A stretch of 64,000 nucleotides of DNA. Origin: Botryllus schlosseri (Eukaryota). The notes under the pieces are model-generated. The model was given only the letters and a program-made list of their open reading frames with translations. It did no database searches and had not been told where the DNA came from. Shown piece by piece: positions 26,585 through 39,206 of the stretch. The stretch lies in assembly GCA_051294905.1 (NCBI GenBank), contig CM119371.1, positions 6,202,001 through 6,266,000 on the forward strand, in the 5' to 3' direction. The translations under genes were made by a program, and so were the position numbers. The number at the start of each line of letters is the position of its first letter. The stretch's first letter is position 1.

Positions 26585-27434
26585 TAGGCGTTTCTGTGTG
26601 GCAGTTTCGATAGCGCAAATTACCTGTTTATGCGACATCAGCATGGTTTCACAGTCATGTTGGCTTCGTCGTCGGCTAGATCTTTTATACAGCCGGGACC
26701 AAGGCTTTTGTAAGAAGCATATATCCCAATCCAGATAGCGAGGCCTACCTAAACTCTACTACAGCACAGCTACTACTATATGCAAAACATAGATGGTGAA
26801 ATACAGAAAGACATTTGACGTCCCTTGCAGTAAAGTATGATACACGGTACTAGCTGGCATGCATAAGCATAAAAATCTTAGGTCAACGCACCGCAAGATG
26901 GTCTTTGGATCGTAATCTTACCGTGAATAACTGAATATGATACGTTGTATCTGCAGTACGTGTCTTCTCCCGTTATCATTAATATTGCATCACGTTCAAA
27001 TTAAGAGATGCAAACCGAAGCACTCAGGTGATGTTACCGAACACCTTTGCAATCACAGGCAAGATTGGACATCTATGGTCGCTAGCCAGACACTTTGCCG
27101 TTTCCCTCTCTAAAGAGGTGGCTGAAGCGGTCAACAAGGCGACTGAGATGGCTATGCCCTACGAGCACCTTGATACGATAGGCGCACACTCTAATTAACG
27201 GTGTGCATATCTACCAACCCTACAGACAATTTGTAGATGAAACGTTGAGTGTGATAACTATTGATTGATAAACGAGGACAACCATAACTGTGTTCTTTCT
27301 AACGGCCTCAACTGAGTAACTCAATAATAATTCTCTTCCGCTAGTCAGACTTTCCACGGCGTTGTAGCATTGTATCATCATAGTGTCCTATGTGGTGTCG
27401 ACACAAGCAAATCTCACGGTTCAATGAAATTGTA

Positions 27435-27717
27435 TCACGTCACAGTGGTATAATCCGCGGCTACAACACCAATGGGTGCGGGTTCGAGTCCGACCGAGGT
27501 CGACTTCCAAATTCCGATAGCTAAGTGTTGGAGGTTTACCTAGGCTCCTCCTCGCCATCTCATCCGCGCCAGCGGTGTCTTACAAAAAGCCTAGAGGTGG
27601 GCCGTGCTATAAGTCGGCAGTTACGGAAAATAAGAAGAATATCGGCCTGGTGTAAATGACCATAGTAGTCGACAAACACCATGAATACCCCAAAACAAAC
27701 AAACAAACAAACAAACC
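27435..27717 (+). mobile_element. tRNA-derived SINE
   Basis: A-box-like AGTGGTATAATCC, B-box GGTTCGAGTCC (27481-27491) and a (CAAA)n tail. Confidence 0.7.
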
Positions 27718-28314
27718 CAAAGCAAAAATACTAAACTTGAGGAAATGCAGTGTCGTGGCGCACAAATTCTAAACAAGCGATTATTACCCCTGTCATTGAT
27801 GTGTGATAAAAATATTATTAATAACAATACAGACAATCCTGGTGGGAGGCCAAGAAATAACAACATGCAACTAGGTGATTAATAAGAACCGCAAGATGCA
27901 TCATTAATATTGTACCCAATATTTTCGAAAACACCCTCCATCAGCTCTACGGGCTAATCTTATCACGTGAGCTGAGAATGAATAAATTTTTGACAATAAT
28001 TTGTGAAACTACCAACATTTTCGTGCTCTGCGCTACAGAGATGAGCGGACTTGAAATTTCTATGTCCTAATCCAATCCAAATCCGAACCTTCAAATCCAA
28101 AGCCAAATCCTAATCCATAACTTTTTCATATTCAAGTCCATGTCCAATCCTAAGCCGATTCCGACTGGAAACTCCGAAAAAATGCTAATTTCTACAATAG
28201 AGGGATTCGAAAATTTTCTTTCACAACCAACGATTCACTTGATTCAAGATAACCTAGTAACCATAAGGACCGGTCCTTTTCACCTTATATGTCAACGACA
28301 TTTTTGAAACCTCC

Positions 28315-28585
28315 TCATTGAACACCACACTGTTCGCTGATGATACTCACCTCCTCTCTTCCGCATCTTCGACGGCAGAGCTGGATGCCCTGACTGGTGA
28401 CCAAATGCCCAAAGTCCATGAGTGGACGGCCCAGAACAACCTTTGCATAAACGCCTCGAAATCGCAATTGCTGACAGTAAATTCAAAAAATAACCTAACC
28501 GTTAATATCGCTGGTCAGCCCGTTTCCAACACAGATAATGCCAAATATCTCGGAGTTTTACTGGACTCGAACATGTCCTGGAAGA
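28315..28585 (+). mobile_element. CR1/L2-group LINE reverse-transcriptase fragment
   Basis: TTLFADDTHL...W...NNLCINASKSQ...AKYLGVLLDSNMSWK. Confidence 0.9.
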
Positions 28586-30469
28586 AAACAACGTCCTTCT
28601 TCTTTACGGCCAGCCATATTGCCAAGATCTCTTAATTACCTTATTGTTTATTATATATTTGCACTCATTCCAGCATTTTCAGACAAACCGGCTGATGCAC
28701 TGAACCGCGCGCTAAATATAACTGATGCATTTGCATATATTTCTCCTGCGAGTTTATAATGCCATATAAATCTTCGTGGCGTGGCGTGTATGGCGTGTAA
28801 TCCCACCCACTGGCGTAGCAGCCACCTGGCGGTTCTGGCTCTGCGCCAGGGGCGGCAGGGTCGAAGGGGGCGGCAAAATGAGGCTGCACCAGCCGGCTAA
28901 AAGCAGCGTAATTGGTAGTCCTATAGCTGGCGTCCCGCGAGTTAAATTTAATCAAACTGGTCTCAATCGAAAGCTAGTGTTGCGCTGATTCCGAAAACAC
29001 AAATTAATAAGTTAACATGGCAATGGAACCACTCCGAAATAGCCGTCATGACCGGTTGTTCCTGACAATCGCAACACAATGACCAATTGACCATGATAAT
29101 GGAAATTATATCGAGCGATTATTCGGAACTACGCCGATTTTCCGACTAGCATGTAAATTGTATTTCCGGAATCAGGGCACCAATAGCTTTTAAGATCAGT
29201 ATTGTTAAAGTTAAACGCTCGGAGGGCCTTGCCAACTATAGGATGACCAAGACAAATAATGCTGCTTTTAGCTGGCTCAGCAGTAGGCTTGTCTGCGTAT
29301 TGAAGTGTGAGAACTAAGTTGCGCATCTATTCGTTGGTTAGTGATCTCTACTCTGGGTTACGATTTGGTACAGCAGACCGAGATAGCTGTGAAGGTAAAC
29401 CAGTCCTAGGAATTTCTTAAGATGGTAATAATTGTCAGATTGCGCTTAAATTTATACAAGTGTTAATTAAGACTCGAAAATAAAACGTGTCAAGAGAGTG
29501 GAGCTTTCTTTAGAAAGAAGAAGGAAGCAAGACAAGCAGAAATACAGAAGCAGATTTAAACTTGAAGCTGAAACTAGGTTTACCGGCATTCACCACTTAA
29601 ATGATAATTTTGGATTTTTAATCCCCAAGCGCTGCTGCAAAGCGAAAGTCCCAATTTATTCACCAGCGCTTTTAAAAGCACTCATGACGACGATGTGGAC
29701 TTTATGGAGTAGGCTGCGGAAATTGACAGATTTAAGACGCTGGTGCGGAGCAGTGAAACCACGTTTGATCGTATAGTGCAACAGCGTTTGATGTTTTACA
29801 GCGGTTAGTTAATGCAAAGGTACTTGAACCGACACCGTATTTATGCTCGTGTCTGTAACTTTATCTGACCATTGGTGTTTCAAATGCGAGCTGTGGTGTT
29901 AACACGCCTGTTGAGTTCTATGCGATGCTGGGAGTGTTGGAATTGGAATTGGACAGCGGCGTGGGTTTGTATTTGTACTTCCTTGCTGATACGTTTGCGA
30001 ATCGGCAGGGCATTATCTTGTAGGAGTCCACATATCTGTGTAAGCTAAGAGATATCGGCGTGGTGTTACTGAAATTCCGACGAATTTTACAGTGTGTTCA
30101 TAACTGCTCTTATGCTGCTGTGGTGTGATAGAAACGCCGCTATTCTGACCGCTGGCTTGTCTGCGGTTTCGCTTTACTTAGTTTACTAATTACTGGACTT
30201 TGATTGGCGCGACATAGTCGTTATTATGACGTCATAACCGAACCGAGATTGGTATTTAATTAGTGAATGTCATTGGCCGGTTCAGGAGCGCCTGCGTATT
30301 GTACATTGCACTGTGAAATCGGTGCGAATAGATTCTCCCAACATTGTTGCAGTCCTACTCGTGTTTTCACAATTCACCAACCAGTGCCATAGCGCGATTT
30401 CGTGTTGGCTGCATCAAAAAGCGCAATTCGACCTGCCTCGTTTTCCATCCATCCATTTTGTCGCGACAA

Positions 30470-33400
30470 ATTCACGAACAACAACACCAAGACAGACACG
30501 AGAATACCGGTGGCCGCCACGCCCACAGATACGCCATCTCCGCAGGTAGCCAGATCATTGCTGTACTACACTATCGACTATTGTAGTGTTCTACCGGTAC
30601 TCAATAGATTGTAAGCGAGTTTTTAGAATCCCAAGAGGGTCACTTGTGATGTCGCTACAAGAGGTCGTTAGTTACGAAACAGAACTATCTAGTTTACCAA
30701 TTGTGTAACGTAATTAGGAAGAGTAGAAATAGCCTATTTCGTTTCGGGGCGCCTCTGGGTGCAAAGCAGTTTGGTGACATTTATTGTGTATCGCAGCGAT
30801 TTCGTCCTCATTATTTTTGTAGAACAATACGTGTGTCCCCCCCCGAAATAATATCTTATAACTAGGGCAAGTTTTTGTTGCGGTCAAATCCGCAGAAGGC
30901 TGCACTCATTTTTTCACAGGAGTTGCTGTGAAAAGTTGCATTTAAATTTCACGAAAGTTGCACCACTAAGTTGCATTTACGGACAAGTTCCTTGAAATTA
31001 TTAACGTATTTGATGCTTGAATCGTTCCGTATCCGAGAAACTGTAGCAAATCTCAATGTTGGCGACCCCAACAAAATCAATAGCCTGAAACAAATATTGA
31101 CCCAGTGAAATTGCAATTTTCGGCGGTCTATCCAGCCTGAATGTAGGTCGAATCAGAAAGTGCATCAAATTCGAACGGCAGTGAAATAATCAAGTGATCT
31201 ATTTACATCTAGTTCCAAATATTTCTAGTAAAAAGTCAGTTACGGAAAAAATCGGAAAAACCTGCAAAAAGAGTTGGTACAAGTTGCATGAAAAAGTGGA
31301 GAATGAAATGAAAATGAACAGAATAAAGCACCATACTACATATCTTCTTAGTGCTTAGGAAGCTGCCGAAAGTTTTTAAAGAAAGTTGCAAAAGTTGCAA
31401 AAACTTTCCCTACTTATCACCTTGCTTCCATACAGGTACCCCGTCGAAAATAGTCGAGCACGTTTAGAAGTCGTTAAAGCCGTGGAGCACGGCGAAACAG
31501 ACAGACGAGGCTATGGAAGACCTGATCCTAAGTACCAAGTGTTCCTGTCCACGCAAGACATATGCAAGTACCTGATGAACCTCTACCATGGCTCCGAGAA
31601 GTCGGTAGCATATCACCGTAATTAAGATTCTTTGTAGCGCCATTAGTGATTTTGTGGGAGTATCAAAGATTCATATTAAGTCGAAAGTATAATTGCTTCC
31701 GATTAACTGGCATTCGCATTGTTTATGAATCGGCAAGTTTTAGACTGAAAACAGAGATTGTGTGATCTTGATTATCGCAGAGTTTTAATAGAAAATAAGT
31801 CCTGAAAGTAAGTCTTCTTGAGTTCTCGTTATCTGATATGCACTCCTTTATAAATTTCATTTATTTTGTCTTGATAACCTACATTTCTCACTTATAAACT
31901 ACAACGAGATATCAGGATTTTACTGGATATTGGTGCTTATAACATTCCTCTACAATATTCAAACCTCTACACTGAATACCCAGGTAGCCAACAAACCTCT
32001 TCATCCATCAACAGGAACTGAAACAAGCCGTGCAGGACGACGAGAAGATCTACCCCACTTTAAAGGAAGACCTCGCCCGGATATTCGTGCACGAATACGG
32101 ATCTTCGGAAAGCCCGAACCACCGCGGCTGGCTGACTGTAGACTCGACCACCATACACAGATACCCGAGCAGCGACGCGACCCGCACGCCACACCAGGGC
32201 ATCCGAGCGACCGACGATGTCATGTTGAAGGATTACAACGTCGCCAATACGTACACCACTGTGAAGCTGCCCGTGCTGTCGACGGTAAGAAAGCCGTGTT
32301 TATTTGTGTAGTGTATGGGGGTTTAATGTTATTTTCTTCGGTGCAGGTGTCTGAGATTATCAGCGCTGTCGCGGAGAAGCAAGGTCGCGATCCGCAGGAA
32401 TTGCGGTTGATTCAAGTTCAATCTGACGGAGGTGAGATTTAGTATCTGGCTTGTGTCGGTAGCCATCGTTGGTACCCAAGCAGAAATAGGTGCAACGTCG
32501 TAAATTCCTACTCCAGTGTAAGCGGAAGTAAATATTATGTATTCCACGTTCAGCTTGGTCTAAACAACTGAAATCTGTTGAGCATAAGCCATCTAAAATC
32601 ATGACCACTCAAGTAAGCTGTGCAATAGGGTTGCTCAAAATTTGATTATTCTTTTATAAATTTAAAAATTTCAATATGGGATTAGAATACTTGCTTTTTT
32701 ACTTACTTTGAATCGATACTTCTATTTCTACTTGATTAGCAGCGATGATTGCTTCGACCACACTTGCGTATATCGCGGCGCTGATCATGTTATTTTCAGT
32801 AGTAATCAGCGATAATTCATGTGTGCCTGACACTGGTGCACCAAACCAATATCAAGCATCGTTCTCACTCTGTCTGTCTGTCCGTTCAGACATGTACGGC
32901 TTCCCGGACGACATGACCTCGGCCGCGACCGCGCTGGGCGTGAACAGCCGCCTGTTCGCGTGCACCAAAGAGGAGAAAGACAACATCTCGCCCCTCGACG
33001 AACAGCGCACCGTGCCGAGCAACAACGGCGCCGTGCTGGAGCTGGTCGGGTCGCAGGAGATCGCCGAGCACGTGACGCAGTTCGACTGGGAGCTCGTCAA
33101 CGCGACCAGAGGGTCGTCAATAACAGAATACGTCTACTTTTTTGGAGTATTCGAGCAGGTTTTATGTATATGATTTTACACTGCTGCTTCTACCTCACGG
33201 TTTTCAGTTTCTTATCCAAAACGAAACTGATTTCACCACCTATACTAACTTGATACATTCATGATCACGCTTGACCCTCTATTTTCTGAGCTGCTCCATC
33301 AGTAATCTACCTACTTGGTGAGGTAGTAAACATAAAGTACTTCACACATTTTCGGATTACTCAAGTGCTAATGCACTGTTGAGTCAATTGGTAGCAGCTA

Positions 33401-33588
33401 TATCACGTCTTCGACCACCTGCGCTGACTTGACGCATTGAATTTCGCCTCATGTCTCTATTTCTTATTCCATTCCGTTTCGTGTTTCAGATGGAATTCGT
33501 GGTGTTCGGCTCGCACAAGTTCCACAGCGTCACCTCGAACATCGACGTGTTCGCGCGCAGATTCAACCAGCTCGCTTACTGGGCGCCC
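30470..33588 (+). pseudogene. RAPGEF3/4/5 (Epac family)-like Rap GEF fragment covering REM, RA and the start of CDC25; frameshifted and truncated
   Basis: Exons end 30545 (RYAISA G), 31436-31604 (GTPSKIVEH/LE...EDLIL/YQVFLSTQDICKYL), 32015-32284 (IRATDDVMLK..NTYTTVKLPV), 32347-32431 (VSEIISAVAEK), 32890-33112 (NSRLFAC...PLDEQ...TQFDWEL) and 33490-33588 (FGSHKF...NIDVFARRFNQLAYW). These match the remembered Epac2/RAPGEF5 motif order. The 5' start is approximate. Confidence 0.88.
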
Positions 33589-34308
33589 GTAATTAAGTAC
33601 TTGTACTGATTCAAAGTACTCAAATATAAGGTTTTTTTTGCAACTGCACAAGTAGAAGTAAGTATTCTAGACCTTGTTTTACCTTGAGAATCGCAAACTA
33701 TTCAAGTGGAAATAGTCTATAATTATAGCCATTTCAGTAAGTAGTGCAAGTAGAAGGAATCTACTGGAGTGCTCAACAATATAGTACCTCGTTACTGACC
33801 CTCACTTCTACGTAACGGTTTTTGAGTCTAAACTACCTACTTTTCACATTTTGTAAGGTATGAAGCAGTTGATGCGACTGCATCGCTTTAATGAGTGTAA
33901 TTGCCATGTACCAACTAAGGAGGTACAGAACTTCCGATTCTCTGCTAGTTGCTGACGATTACCTCCGAAGAGTGTCTGCCGAAAATATTCGGGTTCATTT
34001 CAATATGAATATATACTTGTGCAATCATCACTTATCTATCAGTGTTACTGAATTTTTTTTCTGAAAGTAGTGACTATAGTTACAGTTATTTTTGTCATCG
34101 ATGATGCCCCTTGCCATTTCGGAAATAAAATTTTACGACGCCTCGACCGAATATACTTAGTCAAATTTGATTCCTACAATACTTTTCATACGCTTTATAC
34201 GCGACTCTCACTTGAGCATGTATATTCAGAGTCAATGCTGACTATGATTTGGCCGCATGTCCTTGTGATTCTGTTTATGGAATTTAGATATCTGTGGTTA
34301 CACAAGGC

Positions 34309-36352
34309 AATTCCATTCTTAATAAAATCCCGCTTCTGTCCTGCCACATCCCATCCCGACAACTTTGTGACTGAAATTCACGTATCTACAGACCCTTCCT
34401 TCACGTAACCACCGCTCCTACCGTCTTCACGTCGCCACCTTGCGACCACCTATGATACCGTACCTGCCTCTCCGCAACACAAAAAGATTCTCTGTATAAT
34501 TTCCCATTAGTGCGTTCTAATTCGTGTTTGTTATTGTTTGGTTTCAAAATGCTATGTTACTTGTATCATACTCTTCGAGTTTGTTATTGTTGCCATCGTT
34601 ACATTGCGGACTTCATGGTATGTAATTTCTGATTGTTGCGTCATACTTCGCCTTTCTGGTTTTGCCTCACTTGCCTCCTCTAAACCCGCGTCACAGACGT
34701 ATCACACGCGACACGACACGACTGATGAATTTGTAATAGTTAAGGTATAACAGATTGATTAACCAACAGCAAACTACGTACCTTCTTGAAAAAACAATTG
34801 TACGACTTCAGGACTTCACTAATTGCAGTTTCTATTTCTTGCAGTGTTGCTTTGCCGTGGGCCTTTCTGCATGTACCTACAGTGATAGGAATATAGGGAT
34901 GTAGCTGCTTAATAACAATTCCCGATGTCTGGGACTCTTACCCTAAAAATTCAATACTTACATAGCAGAAGGCTATAGATCAGTGGTCGGGAACCTATGG
35001 CTCTTTTGGGTATAACATATGGCTCTTTGAGAATTTCTTAATTCTGTACTTAATTTATCAATATTGCAGCAACCTGTTAGTAAATTTTCATGACGGCAAG
35101 AGTGATTATCCTCGTGGCAGCGCAAGCATGTCTTAGATAGGTCAAGACAGCGGGGTATCAAGGTTTAGGGGCTCGAACCGCCCTCTTTTCAAAATCACCA
35201 ACTTTAAGTGACTGTCGCACCGGCGACTCACGCCTCGAGCGACTTCGATCTACTAACCAGACTTGGACAACTAGATAATTCTAGTTGTCTAATTTCACTA
35301 AATTAGAGCGAAATGCCGGTAATCTAATTCTAATCTAATTTGTGAAATGCTTCCATGCTCTAATTCTAATTCTAATCTAATTTGTGAAATGCTCTTATGC
35401 TCTAATTCTAATTCTAATCTAATTTGTGAAATGTCCGTATTCTCTAATTCTAGTTCTAATCTAATTATTGTTTTCCTGAAAATGCCTCTTTGTCCAAGGC
35501 ATATTGCACTATTGCAGTGAGTTAAAACGAATATCCCGCTTGCGCAGGGAAATCCAGTGCCAAGCCGCCATCGCCTTACTTACACCGTGGAGTCATAGTA
35601 GATATTATGACGAATATAGCCTGCTAGAGTAGCTTGTAGTCTGCGAACAACATTCTAGTTTCTAAAACTTTACGTTAGTACATCGCCATTCTGACTAACA
35701 TGGGCGATGCCCACGGTAACCATAAAAGAAGTAATATTTTATTAAATTATAGTAAAAATCGAGCCAAGCTTGGTGAACAGAAGTTAACCATTCTCATGTT
35801 TATGGGAATGCACTGTTGTTGTTGTTTATTAAACAAAAATATGTGGCGCTTATCGCCTCACGGCCTTTTACACCACGCACTGTGATTTGATGTGAACTGC
35901 ATTTTGCTGTATTCATTTCCCATATACAATTTCATTCAATTTCCAAGTTTTTGCGAACTAAGTATAGCTCTAATTCTAATTCTAATCTAATCTGGAAAAT
36001 CCTTAGTAGCTCTAATTCTAATTCTAATCTAATTTGAGAAAAGCTGCGTAGCTCTAATTCTAATTCTAATCTAATTTGGAAAAACTGCGCAGCTCTAATT
36101 CTAATTCTAATCTAGTTTGAAAAAAACTGTGGAGCTCTAATTCTAATTCTAATCTAATTCAGAAAAGCTGAAAATTTTCTAGTTGTCCAAGTCTGCTACT
36201 AACCATCGCGCGCCTAGAAATCTTGGATTGGACGCTACCTTGATTGGCGAAAGAAAATGGCAGACATGGCAACACTTGTAGGACAATGCAGTTTTCAAAT
36301 ACACAATGTCTTCCTGATCCACACCGAGAAATAAAATGCCTTGGAATGACAT
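34309..36352 (+). repeat. Dispersed duplication, copy A (with a MITE insertion)
   Basis: Near-identical to 46560-47653 apart from the 35258-36195 insertion plus its TSD. Contains a Penelope 3' fragment (~34480-34666, +). Confidence 0.95.
35258..36195. mobile_element. 938-bp hAT-type MITE with CTAATT subterminal arrays
   Basis: TIR CAGACTTGGACAACTAG / CTAGTTGTCCAAGTCTG, 8-bp TSD CTACTAAC, and an empty site at 47497-47504. A relative lies at 38145-38426. Confidence 0.97.
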
Positions 36353-36666
36353 TCACAATTACAAATTCAAATTAAAAACAACGCCATCATCATCATTGGT
36401 TTATTAGCAAATATTATCAGTTCAATACACCACAAAATGCGATACAATGAAACGATAGGAAGGTGTCGAAGCGACTTGGAGTACCGCCATACCTATACAT
36501 TTTTGATTGTTTATTAGCTTTTTAGCACCGCCGTAAAATGTAGGTGTGTAACGCAACGTTACGTTATGCCGAATATTTTAGGAGTCGATCAATACTTAGA
36601 TTTTCAGAATCAACGCGACAATTACATTTGATTAACAGTTGGTTTGTGGTACAGAAGTTGAAGATA

Positions 36667-37225
36667 GCTTTCAATACAACATCCATTGTAGTAAAAAATT
36701 TATTCAACTCGAAGACTTTTCGGGTGCCTCTTTTCAAGAGTTAACGGCACACTGAAGGGATTTAAACAGAATGAAAGGCAAAACCAGAAAGGCGAAGTAT
36801 GACGCAACAATCAGAAATTACATACCATGAAGCCCGCAATGTAACGATGGCAACAATAACAAACTCGAAGAGTATGATACAAGTAACATAGCATTTTTGA
36901 AACCAAACAATAACAAACACGAATTAGAACGCACTAATGGGAAGTTATACAGAAAATCTTTTTGTCTACATAAAATAGGCTTGGTCAATTGGATGATTGT
37001 TGATTCTAGGGCTTTAAAATGAAACAAGGATCTGCCTCGCGCAATGACTGTAAACATTTGGTCATTATAGTTTTGAGCACAAGAAGGGTTCTCACTTAAA
37101 TGTTGGTCAATTGACGAAGCGTATGCTTGGTAATCGTCGTAACAGTCGGTTTTGGTGGCTGATTTGCCGTGCGAACTCCGTACGGTCATTTGCGCAAGTT
37201 TTTGAGCGAATCAATTTGGGAATGT
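36667..37225 (-). mobile_element. Penelope-like element 3' fragment (GIY-YIG C-terminus plus 3' end)
   Basis: ASSIDQHLSENPSCAQNY...KALESTIIQLTKPILCRQK; homologous to 39207-39790. Confidence 0.9.
36706..36742 (-). ncRNA. Minimal type I hammerhead ribozyme motif (U3-A8 variant)
   Basis: AACTC-TTGAAAA-GAGGCACCC-GAAAAG-T-CTTC-GAGTT; identical to 39250-39286. Confidence 0.65.
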
Positions 37226-37974
37226 TTCGCGGAATGTTGGGAATGTATTTAGGTTGAAAAAATATGATTTCTCCCGTGAAGGTTGTTTGCCGCCCTGCTG
37301 TGGATTCACGGTGTGTTGTTCCGAATTTGTGTTTTTTTTTTGTGTCGTGTTTTTTGACCGTGTACTACCGTGTTATGTTCCTATGCTGAATTTACTCAGA
37401 CTTGCGTTATTTACCGTTTCGTCAACAGCGACTTTTCGACACTAAGTTATGCGCACTCCTATGTATTGCAATCTTGATCGCTTCCTGACTTCATGTCACA
37501 ACAGCGATGGTAAGTTGAGGTACTAATTTGAAATCCATATGAATCATGTTGGTACCAACATAGCCACACGAATACTTAAAATAGAATATTGCGGGTTGTT
37601 TTGATTGTCATCAACGTTGCTCTATTGAACTTGAACTCTATTTAATCAATACAACTGTTGTTAACCATAGTTTTCTTGCAGCAAATGAAATTGCTGCCCT
37701 TTTCGTTGTTGATGGTGATGTGACGCTTCCTTCAAAATCCCTCGACAGACTTCGGGATGGAACACCAGACCAGTAAGTGTTATCATTAGCATACAATGAT
37801 GGTGATGCAACCCACAGTTTATTCATTACTACATTCAGATATACAAGATGAAACGGAGAACACAAAATGCTCAACACCAATTGTCTCGAAAAAGAGCGCC
37901 AGAATTCCAAGTTTGGAAATACCAGGTGTGTTATTTTAACTATAATGTTGGTGATCAAAATGTGGTGTTCAGAA

Positions 37975-38720
37975 ATGAGCGTCCTGAAAATGGCAAAGGA
38001 GCAGCATGATATCAGAATGAGTTATTTTGAATTACAGATGCATGTCAAATACCAGAAACTGGAAATCGAAAGGCAGAAACTGGAGATGGCAAAAGAACTG
38101 CAAAATTGAGATAATACAGCAACGAATCGAAATAGCACAAAAACCAGACTTGGACAACTAGTTAATTGGCTGTATAATTAGAATAGTTAGTGCCGGTAAT
38201 ATAATTCTATCCTAATTTCTGATTTTGCTGAAAATGCTACAGTATAACTCTACAATACTGAGCGAGTTGTGCAGATTCAATTTTCACATATTCAGTAATC
38301 CCTATTCTAATTTTTTTAAATAACTACTGTATCTATAATTCTATTATAATTTGGAAAAATATGTGTAGCAATAATTATAATTATAGTCTAATTTTGAAAA
38401 GCTGATTTTCTAGTTGTCCAATTCTGACTACAGCATAGACTACTGGATCTCGTAATAAAAATAATTGACGAGGAATTGAATGTGTGGTTTGGTTATTGAT
38501 GTTCAAACATGAGATGAAATACTAAAGACATTCCAGAGAAGTGAGAAGTGATTTTGAACAATCTGTCTGCGCCGAAGTCGTGTTCGGTTGTGCTGTCACG
38601 TTATCGGTGTCGCTAACCTCCAGGGTATATTCCAATGGATTTGCTATGTCTCTGACCACTCTCTCTTCTGCTAGGCTCTCTAACATTTGGAGAGTAGCAA
38701 GAACATTGAGGTATGGATCC
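37975..38720. mobile_element. Possible PIF/Harbinger remnant (Myb/SANT-protein tail on +, HARBI1-like N-terminus on -)
   Basis: EMSVLKMAKEQHDIRM...QKLEIERQKLE (+) converges on MDPYLN...EERVVRDIANPLEY (-). Confidence 0.4.
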
Positions 38721-39206
38721 ATTGTTATTCTCAGTCGATATTGCACTATATTAATGTAGCTCTCTATAAAACAGGTTGTATTGAATTTTATAGTTGACCA
38801 AATTCTTGATAAACTGAAGTGAGGTTTGGCTGTCAACAAACAAGATTACTCAATTGGGTAACAGCAGATAACTTGCATTGCAAAATTGTAACATGAATGC
38901 ATAACTATTGTTACAGCACATGAGCACATTTATGCATATTAGGGTTGTTCAGATTTGAAAAATTGTCACGAAACTTCGATGCTTGTGACCCTAATGGTGG
39001 TTTAGTACATAAAAACACTTTTATGAGCAATTTTGGTCATCTTCATCGTGATCTTCTATCCCCGAAGATCCACGGGGCAATTCTCCTTACTGCTTGATCT
39101 GTAGTGTTGACCATGTCACCGGTTTGTAGCTTTTGTGACGTTATCATTCGAAAACGGCCATGTAGAGACGAGATATTGCAATAAAATAGATATGTTTTCA
39201 AAATTT

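Noticed and set aside
27435..27500. tRNA gene
   Set aside because: Pol III boxes are present but there is no cloverleaf; it continues into a SINE body with a (CAAA)n tail.
30200..30280. CRE (TGACGTCA) and CCAAT boxes upstream of the RapGEF fragment as a promoter
   Set aside because: The same octamer recurs in MITEs and elsewhere in the window, and there is no TSS evidence.
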